DNA of 64,000 bases from Desulfobacteraceae bacterium UBA5616 (GTDB lineage Bacteria > Desulfobacterota > Desulfobacteria > Desulfobacterales > UBA5616). A program made the translations under genes and the position numbers. Below the pieces are notes generated by a model. The model had not been told where the DNA came from. It saw only the letters and a list, made by a program, of their open reading frames with translations, and searched no databases. Where the stretch lies: positions 34,885 to 98,884 of the forward strand of contig DIKO01000063.1 in assembly GCA_002423615.1 (NCBI GenBank), in the 5' to 3' direction. Shown here piece by piece: positions 57,192 to 64,000 of this stretch; the first letter of the stretch is position 1, and every line of letters begins with the position of its first letter.

Positions 57192-58121
57192 ATGAACCAA
57201 GCGGATTTTGATCTGATTATCATCGGCGGTGGGCCGGCCGGCCTGACCGCCGGGCTTTATGCGGCCAGAGCAAAGCTGAAAACCCTGTTATTGGAAAAGA
57301 TCGTCCCCGGAGGCCAGATTCTGGTTACCGATGCGGTGGAAAATTACCCTGGATTTCCCGAAGGATTGAGCGGTTCGGATCTCGCCATGAAAATGGCGGA
57401 ACAGGCCCAGAAATTCGGCCTTGCCATCGAGACCGAAGAGGTTATTTCGGTGGATTTTTCCAATTCCGTTAAAACCATTCGCCTTCATGACAAAACCCTT
57501 TCATGCAGGTCAGTGATCATCGCCTCCGGAGCATCACCCAAAAAGCTCGGCATTCCCGGGGAAGATGTATTTTACGGCAAGGGCGTTTCCTTCTGCGCCA
57601 CATGCGACGGACCTTTTTATAAGAACCGGGTGGTGGCGGCAGTGGGCGGCGGCGACACGGCTGTTCAGGAAAGCCTTTATCTCACGAAATTTGCCAGCAA
57701 GGTGTATTTGATTCATCGCCGGGACCAACTTCGGGCCGAAGCCATCCTCCAGGATCGGGCGCTTCAAAATGATAAAATCGAAATCATCTGGGACAGCGTG
57801 GTCACAAAGATCATCGGCGGGTTGACCAACGTAGAAAAAATCGCCGTCCAGAACGTTAAAACCTGCGAATCCCGTGAACTTAAAGTGGACGGGTGCTTTA
57901 TCTGGGTTGGGATTCAGCCGAATACCCAGTTCCTGGGGTCCGCCGTTAAAATGGACCCATGGGGTTTCATCGAAGCTGATGGAAAAATGGCCACATCCGT
58001 TCCCGGTGTTTTCGCCGCGGGAGACGTGAGGACCACCCCTTTGCGTCAAATCGTAACAGCCGTCGGAGATGCGGCCATTGCCGCATATTCCGCACAACAT
58101 TTTATTGAAAGCCTATCATGA
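57192..58121 (+). CDS. trxB: Thioredoxin-disulfide reductase
   Basis: IIIGGGPAGLTAGLYAAR, redox-active CATCDG, GGGDTAVQESLYL, AAGDV. Confidence 0.96.
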   Translation: MNQADFDLIIIGGGPAGLTAGLYAARAKLKTLLLEKIVPGGQILVTDAVENYPGFPEGLSGSDLAMKMAEQAQKFGLAIETEEVISVDFSNSVKTIRLHDKTLSCRSVIIASGASPKKLGIPGEDVFYGKGVSFCATCDGPFYKNRVVAAVGGGDTAVQESLYLTKFASKVYLIHRRDQLRAEAILQDRALQNDKIEIIWDSVVTKIIGGLTNVEKIAVQNVKTCESRELKVDGCFIWVGIQPNTQFLGSAVKMDPWGFIEADGKMATSVPGVFAAGDVRTTPLRQIVTAVGDAAIAAYSAQHFIESLS

Positions 58122-58789
58122 CAAAATTATTAACGATCTTATGTCTGATTTTCCTGCCGACTTTCTGGGGTTGCGCCGGCAAGGAAGTCAAGGATGCGAA
58201 ACCCGCCCAGGTGCTGGCGGAAGAAGGGATGGCCGAATTTAACAACGAAGATTACCGGAAATCCATCCTGACCTTTGGAAAATTAAAAGACTGGTACCCT
58301 TTCAGCAAACTGGCGACAGTGGCCGAACTGAAAATTGCAGATGCCAATTATCATATCAGGGAATACCAGTCCGCAATCATGGCCTACCAGGAATTTGAGA
58401 ACCTGCACCCGACCAACGAAGCCATTCCCTATGTGATTTATCAGATCGGCCGCTGCTGGTTCGATCAAATGAACACCATTGACAGGGACCAGACTTATGC
58501 CAGGAAGGCGTTGGAATCATTCAGGCGCCTGCGTCGCCAATTCCCCGAAGATGCCTACGCGGTAAAGGCCGGAGAGCATATTGACGTGTGCCAGCGAAGT
58601 CTGGCCGAACACGAATATTATGTTGGGGTATTTTATTTTAAAGGCAAGCATTACAAGGCGGCCCTGGGAAGATTTAACGGCGTCCTGACCCGTTACCCCG
58701 ATGTGGGGGTACACCGGAAAGCCCTTGAATATATCGCCAAATGCGAGGAAAAAATAAAGAACGAACCCGAAGCACCCACCGACGATTAA
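58118..58789 (+). CDS. bamD: Outer-membrane protein assembly factor BamD (YfiO/ComL family lipoprotein)
   Basis: Lipobox FWGC and a TPR-like repeat body (YRKSILTFGKLKDWYPFS..., YQEFENLHPTNE..., LTRYPDVG...). Confidence 0.8.
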   Translation: MTKLLTILCLIFLPTFWGCAGKEVKDAKPAQVLAEEGMAEFNNEDYRKSILTFGKLKDWYPFSKLATVAELKIADANYHIREYQSAIMAYQEFENLHPTNEAIPYVIYQIGRCWFDQMNTIDRDQTYARKALESFRRLRRQFPEDAYAVKAGEHIDVCQRSLAEHEYYVGVFYFKGKHYKAALGRFNGVLTRYPDVGVHRKALEYIAKCEEKIKNEPEAPTDD

Positions 58790-58807
58790 ACGGATGCGAA
58801 AAAATGC

Positions 58808-58836
58808 TTTACACGCGATGAGGATTGGGGTAATAA
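58808..58836 (+). promoter_or_regulatory. Candidate sigma70 promoter for rpmB
   Basis: TTTACA (58808-58813), 17 nt, TAATAA (58831-58836), about 65 nt upstream of the ATG. Motif match only. Confidence 0.4.
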
Positions 58837-58902
58837 ATAAAATTTTGTTTCAGGGTCTTTGGCTTTTCAAATTAAGGTTAACGATTACAGAGGGTTTTTA
58901 TC

Positions 58903-59094
58903 ATGTCGAAAATTTGCGAAATCTGCGGGAAAAAACCGCTGGTGGGAAATAATGTCAGTCACGCCCATAACGTCAATAAAAGAAGATTCAATCCCAATCT
59001 TCAGAAAATCAGGACCCTGCAAAATGGGCAGACCAAACGCATGGTGGTGTGTACCAACTGCATCAAATCCGGTCACGTGGCCAAAGCGTCTTAA
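58903..59094 (+). CDS. rpmB: 50S ribosomal protein L28
   Basis: [35 protein letters not shown] is a canonical L28 N-terminus. 63 aa. Confidence 0.95.
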   Translation: MSKICEICGKKPLVGNNVSHAHNVNKRRFNPNLQKIRTLQNGQTKRMVVCTNCIKSGHVAKAS

Positions 59095-61238
59095 ACATCA
59101 AGCCGTTTCACCTCCTGCACCAGTTTGACTTTTTTCAGCGCGGACAAGACTTTATGCAAATGCTGGGTGTTTTCAACATCCAGGGTTAAATTGATTTCCA
59201 CAAACTTGTCCGCGTTGGTCTTGGTGTTCAGGTTCTGGATATTTGCGTCGTTCTTGCTGATGCTTGCGGCTATGTCCGCCAGAAGCCCTACCCGATCGAG
59301 GGACCGGATGCTGATTTTCACCGGATAAGTCTCCGCATAGGAATCATCCCACTGAACATCGATCTGCCTCTCCGGGTTCATTTTCAGCGCATTTTTGCAT
59401 GAGGTCCGGTGAATGGTCACGCCGAACCCCTGGGTAATGTAACCGGTTATGGAATCTCCGGGCACAGGTCCGCAGCATTTCCCGAATTTGATCAGGATAT
59501 CGTCGATCCCTTTTACCAGGACCCCCGAATTGGCCTTCTTTTTTCGCACCCTTCCCATGATCTTCCCGAAGAGGGAGCCGGCATCTCCTTCTTCGAATTC
59601 CGGTTTTGGCATGAATTTCCTCACCACCTGCATGGGCGTCGTCTTGCCGTAACCCACGCTTGCCAGAAGGTCGTCCACGGTTTTAAAATTGAACTGTTCC
59701 ACGACTTCGTTCATTTTCTCGGAACGGAGAATGGAATTCAGGTTCAACTGGTATTTTCGGAACGCCTTCTCGCACATTTCACGGCCTAGAGAGAGGCTGC
59801 GTTCCTTTTCCTGAGTTTTGATCCACTGGCGGATGCGGCTCCGGGCCTTGACCGTCTTGACGAAATTCAGCCAGTCCTTGCTGGGATGATGATGCTTGGA
59901 TGTGATGACCTCCACGATGTTGCCGGTCATGAGCTCATATTTCAGGGGAACCATGCGGCCGTTGACCTTGGCACCCACGCATTGGTTCCCCACCTCCGAA
60001 TGAATCAGATAAGCGAAATCCACCGGTGTGGCCCCCCTGGGAAGGGACTTGATTTCCCCTCTCGGCGTAAACACGTAGACTTCCTCGGGGAAAAGATCAA
60101 TCCGGACGTTTTCCAGAAACTCATTGGGATCCTTAATGTTTTCCTGGTTCTCAATGATATTTTGAATCCAGGCGAATTTCTTGACGACACTTTCATCGCC
60201 CGGTGTCCCCTCCTTGTAACTCCAGTGGGCGGCGATCCCGGATTCGGCGACATCGTCCATCTCCCGGGTCCGGATCTGAATTTCGATGCGCTCTCCGTAT
60301 GGGCCGATCACGGTGGTATGCAGGGATTGGTACATGTTGGGTTTGGGAACGCTGATATAGTCCTTGAATTTTTTAGGTACCGGTTTCCACAGGGAGTGGA
60401 CCATCCCCAATACCTCATAGCAGTTGGGAACGCTTTCAAGGATTATCCGGAAAGCGATGATATCGTAGACCTCTTCAAAGGACAGATTCTGTTCGACCAT
60501 TTTCTGGTGGATGCTGTAAAAATGTTTGTATCTTCCCAGCACTTCTCCATCCAGATGGTATTCCGCCAGCTTCTCCCGAAGGACCTTTTTGACCATTTCC
60601 ACGTAGCTTTCCCGCTCGGTCCTGTCCTTGTTCACCATGGCGCTGATCACGGAGTACTCATCGGGGTAGAGGTATTTGAAAGAAGCGTCCTCCAGTTCCT
60701 TCTTGATCCAGTTGATGCCCAGCCGACCGGCCAGGGGGGCATAAATGTCAAGGGTTTCCCGTGCGATGCTTTTTTGTTTTTCCGGTTTGTGATACTGGAG
60801 GGTGCGCATGTTGTGGAGGCGGTCCGCCAGCTTGATCAAGATAACCCGGATATCGTCCGCCATGGCCAGAAGCATCCTCCGGATGCTTTCCGCCTGGCGG
60901 TGCTGGGAGCTGTCGAATTTCAGAACACTTAATTTGGTGACTCCGGAGACCAGATGGAGAACCTGATCTCCGAACATTTTCTGAATATCCTCGGCGGTGG
61001 CGTGGGTATCCTCGATAACATCATGGAGAAGCGCTGCGGCGATGCTGACGCCGTCCAGTTTCATCTCCGATAGGATATAGGACACTTCCAGGGGATGCGA
61101 CAGATAAGGTTCTCCGGAAAGCCGCATCTGGCCCTCATGGACCCTGGCCGAATAAATATAGGCCCGATCGATGATGTCCAGATCCGCATCGGGATAGTTG
61201 TCCAGAACCTTATCGATAATATCGTTGATGCGAATCAT
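59091..61238 (-). CDS. rel: Bifunctional (p)ppGpp synthetase/hydrolase (RelA/SpoT homolog)
   Basis: HD hydrolase domain (HPLEV...LLHDVIEDT), RelA_SpoT synthetase domain (YRSLHTTV-like: [11 protein letters not shown]...EIQIRT), TGS and a C-terminal ACT domain. 715 aa. Confidence 0.96.
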   Translation of the reverse strand: MIRINDIIDKVLDNYPDADLDIIDRAYIYSARVHEGQMRLSGEPYLSHPLEVSYILSEMKLDGVSIAAALLHDVIEDTHATAEDIQKMFGDQVLHLVSGVTKLSVLKFDSSQHRQAESIRRMLLAMADDIRVILIKLADRLHNMRTLQYHKPEKQKSIARETLDIYAPLAGRLGINWIKKELEDASFKYLYPDEYSVISAMVNKDRTERESYVEMVKKVLREKLAEYHLDGEVLGRYKHFYSIHQKMVEQNLSFEEVYDIIAFRIILESVPNCYEVLGMVHSLWKPVPKKFKDYISVPKPNMYQSLHTTVIGPYGERIEIQIRTREMDDVAESGIAAHWSYKEGTPGDESVVKKFAWIQNIIENQENIKDPNEFLENVRIDLFPEEVYVFTPRGEIKSLPRGATPVDFAYLIHSEVGNQCVGAKVNGRMVPLKYELMTGNIVEVITSKHHHPSKDWLNFVKTVKARSRIRQWIKTQEKERSLSLGREMCEKAFRKYQLNLNSILRSEKMNEVVEQFNFKTVDDLLASVGYGKTTPMQVVRKFMPKPEFEEGDAGSLFGKIMGRVRKKKANSGVLVKGIDDILIKFGKCCGPVPGDSITGYITQGFGVTIHRTSCKNALKMNPERQIDVQWDDSYAETYPVKISIRSLDRVGLLADIAASISKNDANIQNLNTKTNADKFVEINLTLDVENTQHLHKVLSALKKVKLVQEVKRLDV

Positions 61239-61262
61239 TGATTAAATCCGACGACCTTCCGT

Positions 61263-62786
61263 TCAATACGCTTTGGCGAATATCACCCGGCTGTGGGAAG
61301 GGCCGCCGCAGCGGATGCATTTTCCCTCTTCCGCCTCACTTTCAAAAGGCGCGCACCGGATGGTGACGCTCAAATCCTCTTTAATTCCGGCCTCACAGCC
61401 CGCTGATCCGCACCAGTGGCAATGGGCAAAACCGCCGTGGATCTCAGGTTTTTCGCTGTTCTTCGGTGTAAAATAATCGTAAAATGACGCTGCATCGTCA
61501 ATTTTTACCGAATGGGCGTGAAGGTTTTCCGCAGCGCGGTCAAGGAGGTTTTGCTGGATCTCATCCAGAAGATTTACAATTCCGCCGACAAAATCCTCCC
61601 GTTTCATGGATGTTTTGTCATTGTGTTTCCGGTCCCGTCTGGCGACAAAGACCGCATTTTCATCAATGTCTCTGGGACCGATTTCCACCCGGAGGGGGAT
61701 TCCCTTTTTAATCCAGTCCCAGTTCCGGGTCCCGCCGATGTCCCTTGAATCGACTTCCACGCAGATCCGGCGATGATGGTAAAACCGGCTGGACAATTCT
61801 TTTTCAAGGCTTTTAACATACTCCATCACCCTGGATTTGTCATCCGGTTTTCGGAAGATGGGCATCAGGACCACCTGGGCCGATGCAATTTTCGGAGGCA
61901 GAACGATCCCGTCGTCGTCTGCATGGGACATGATCAGGCCTCCGATCATTCGTGTTGAAACCCCCCAGGAGGTGGTCCAGGCATATTCCTCGGTTTCCTG
62001 GGGAGACTGAAATCTGATCTGGGACGCCCTCGCGAAATTTTGTCCCAGGAAATGAGAGGTCCCGACCTGCAAGGCTTTCCGATCCTGCATCATGGATTCA
62101 ATGCACAGCGTATCCTCGGCGCCGGGAAATCTTTCCGACGGGGTTTTCCGGCCCTTGATCACCGGCATGGCCAGGTATTCCCGCGCGAAACCGGCATAAA
62201 TCTCAAGCATCATATGGGTCCGCTCAAGGGCCTCCTCCCGGGTGGCGTGGGCGGTATGGCCTTCCTGCCACAAAAATTCACTGGTTCTTAAAAACATCCG
62301 TGTGCGCATCTCCCATCTGACCACATTGGCCCATTGATTGATGAGGATGGGAAGATCCCGGTAACTGGACACCCACCTGGAAAAGGATTCCCCGATGATC
62401 GTTTCCGATGTGGGCCGAACCACCAGAGGTTCGGTCAAAGGTCCGGCCGGGACCAGGCCTTCCCTGTCCGTCGCCGGTTCAAGCCGGTGATGGGTGACCA
62501 CGGCGCATTCCTTGGCAAACCCCTCAACATGAGCGGCCTCCTTTTCAAGGAAACTTAAGGGAATGAACAATGGGAAATAGGCGTTCTTCACGCCGGTCGC
62601 CTTGAACATACCGTTCAAAACATCCATGATGTTCTCCCAGATGGCGTAGCCCCAGGGTTTGATCACCATGCATCCCCGAACCGGAGATCGTTCCGCCAGG
62701 TCTGATGCCTTGATGACCTGCTGGTACCATTCCGGATAATCTTCCACCCTGGTGGGGGTTACGGCTGTTTTAACCTTATTTTTCAT
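61263..62786 (-). CDS. proS: Prolyl-tRNA synthetase, archaeal/eukaryotic-like type (no INS editing domain, C-terminal zinc-binding domain)
   Basis: N-terminal DYPEWYQQVIKASDLAERSPVRGCMVIKPWGYAIWE, class II motifs, and a C-terminal Cys-rich domain ending ...RVIFAKAY. Confidence 0.93.
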   Translation of the reverse strand: MKNKVKTAVTPTRVEDYPEWYQQVIKASDLAERSPVRGCMVIKPWGYAIWENIMDVLNGMFKATGVKNAYFPLFIPLSFLEKEAAHVEGFAKECAVVTHHRLEPATDREGLVPAGPLTEPLVVRPTSETIIGESFSRWVSSYRDLPILINQWANVVRWEMRTRMFLRTSEFLWQEGHTAHATREEALERTHMMLEIYAGFAREYLAMPVIKGRKTPSERFPGAEDTLCIESMMQDRKALQVGTSHFLGQNFARASQIRFQSPQETEEYAWTTSWGVSTRMIGGLIMSHADDDGIVLPPKIASAQVVLMPIFRKPDDKSRVMEYVKSLEKELSSRFYHHRRICVEVDSRDIGGTRNWDWIKKGIPLRVEIGPRDIDENAVFVARRDRKHNDKTSMKREDFVGGIVNLLDEIQQNLLDRAAENLHAHSVKIDDAASFYDYFTPKNSEKPEIHGGFAHCHWCGSAGCEAGIKEDLSVTIRCAPFESEAEEGKCIRCGGPSHSRVIFAKAY

Positions 62787-63865
62787 GAGTGCTGCACATT
62801 CCTTTCCTCTCGTTCCACTTCTTTCATCAATTCTTCCACCAGTCTTTCCTGGGGGAATTTCCGGACGACTTTCCCTCTGGAGAACAGGATACCGATCCCG
62901 TCACCCCCGGCAATGCCGATGTCCGCCTCCCGCGCTTCTCCGGGGCCGTTCACCACGCATCCCATGATGGCGATCTTGAGGGGAAGTTTTTTGGTCATCA
63001 TCCTTTTTTCTACGTCTTCCACAATATCAAACAAATTGATATTGCACCGCCCGCAGGTCGGACAGGATATGATTTCCGGACCCATCCGCCGGATATTCAG
63101 CGCTTTTAAGATCTCGAATCCCACTCTGACCTCTTCCACGGGGTCACGGGTCAGCGAGACCCTCAGCGTGTCGCCGATGCCGTCAGCAAGGAGCATACCG
63201 ATACCCAGGGAAGATTTGACCGTCCCGGAATACAAGGTCCCGGATTCGGTTACCCCTACATGAAGGGGAAAATCCGTTTTTGCCGCGAGGAGACGATAGG
63301 CTTCCACGGTTTTTAAAACATCGGACGCCTTGATGGACAGTTTTATCCGGTCAAAATTCAGTCGGCCGAACAATTCGATGTGCCGCAGGGCACTCTCGAC
63401 CATGGCCTGTGCGGTGGGATGGCCGAAACTTTTCAGGATGTCTTTTTCCAGGGAACCGGCATTGACGCCGATACGGATCGATACGCCGAAGTCCCTTGCG
63501 GTTTCCACCACCTCCCTGATTTTTTCCTTTGCACCGATGTTTCCCGGATTGATCCGTATACCGTCCGCGCCCGCCCTGATCGCGGCCACGGCCAGGCGGT
63601 GGTCAAAATGAATATCGGCGATCAGGGGGATGGAAATCTCTCGTTTAATCCGGGAAACAGCCATGGCTGAGGCTTCATCCGGGACAGCCACCCGCACGAT
63701 TTCACAACCCGCGTTTTCCAGGCGTTTGATCTGCATCACGGTTTCCCGTACATTCGGTGTGGGGGTGTTGGTCATGGACTGGACGCTGATGGGCGCTCCA
63801 CCCCCGATGTTAACATTCCCCACATGGATCTGCCGGGTTTTTTTCCGACTGATGGCGATGGTCAT
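62783..63865 (-). CDS. ispG: 4-hydroxy-3-methylbut-2-en-1-yl diphosphate synthase (flavodoxin) IspG/GcpE
   Basis: RKKTRQIHVGNVNIGGGAPISVQSMTNT, TIM-barrel domain, C-terminal 4Fe-4S ligands (SCPTCGRC...GCVVNGPGE). 4-nt overlap with proS. Confidence 0.96.
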   Translation of the reverse strand: MTIAISRKKTRQIHVGNVNIGGGAPISVQSMTNTPTPNVRETVMQIKRLENAGCEIVRVAVPDEASAMAVSRIKREISIPLIADIHFDHRLAVAAIRAGADGIRINPGNIGAKEKIREVVETARDFGVSIRIGVNAGSLEKDILKSFGHPTAQAMVESALRHIELFGRLNFDRIKLSIKASDVLKTVEAYRLLAAKTDFPLHVGVTESGTLYSGTVKSSLGIGMLLADGIGDTLRVSLTRDPVEEVRVGFEILKALNIRRMGPEIISCPTCGRCNINLFDIVEDVEKRMMTKKLPLKIAIMGCVVNGPGEAREADIGIAGGDGIGILFSRGKVVRKFPQERLVEELMKEVEREERNVQHS

Positions 63866-64000
63866 TTTAAACAGTGTCCCTAATCGGTTTAAACGTTTGC
63901 ACGTCGGAATCCATCTATGCTATAAATTTATAAATTTAAATGATGAGATTAGCAGACCGTTTTTTTTTCTTCAAGGTGAAATCAATTGGAATCGGTTGGA

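Noticed and set aside
59886-60932. 348-aa plus-strand ORF antisense to rel.
   Set aside because: No motifs and skewed composition. It is fully contained within a well-supported RelA/SpoT gene on the other strand.
1-64000. Window-wide scan for CRISPR arrays, IS elements or transposases, integrases, phage genes, toxin-antitoxin pairs, retron or DGR signatures, and rRNA.
   Set aside because: None were recognised. The only RNA genes seen are tRNA-Ser and the SRP RNA. The window is essentially core chromosome.

Overview
This is a gene-dense chromosomal window of roughly 50-55% GC by eye. I call about 60 CDS, one tRNA and one SRP RNA, and almost all of it is core housekeeping. The gene content suggests a Gram-negative anaerobe of the Desulfobacterota/Deltaproteobacteria type; this is inference only, with no database search possible.

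Left to right:
- A partial REC/HisKA_3 hybrid kinase and a broken NupC-type nucleoside transporter.
- An NlpC/P60 hydrolase with an unusual C-terminal domain.
- A 5-gene YejABEF/Opp-like peptide ABC importer, then rplM-rpsI.
- A heavy-metal RND efflux operon (OMF-MFP-RND) preceded by a small Cys-rich secreted protein.
- A CYTH plus EEP gene pair.
- tolQ-tolR-tolA-tolB-pal-cpoB-ruvC-ruvA-ruvB, all on one strand.
- An HD hydrolase, sdh/frdCAB (single cytochrome b type) and murI.
- A small ORF, ykgJ-like, recR, ybaB, dnaX and tRNA-Ser(GGA).
- A MenB/BadI-like crotonase, AMMECR1 plus an ADP-forming acyl-CoA synthetase alpha subunit, LysE, Usp, and crcB plus a DUF190-CBS fusion.
- A low-GC acyltransferase, a CoA-disulfide-reductase/rhodanese protein, and coaX-folP-ftsH-tilS.
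- A large (Alu-domain) SRP RNA, then grpE-dnaK.
- A DUF362 protein plus an acyl-CoA ligase, and a GDSL lipase.
- trxA-trxB-bamD, rpmB, and rel-proS-ispG.

I found no CRISPR array, transposase, integrase, phage gene or toxin-antitoxin-like pair. I do not see a convincing wholly new multi-gene system.

The best leads are modest:
- The NlpC/P60 protein with a beta-barrel-like C-terminal domain.
- The Cys/His-rich accessories of the metal-efflux operon.
- The crcB/DUF190-4xCBS pair, which lacks a recognisable fluoride riboswitch.
- A long interrupted inverted repeat upstream of a small wHTH-like ORF.
- The Bacillus-type large SRP RNA, which is masked by a spurious 291-aa ORF.
- The decayed nupC gene.

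All family assignments come from motif recognition by eye and need HMM or BLAST confirmation.
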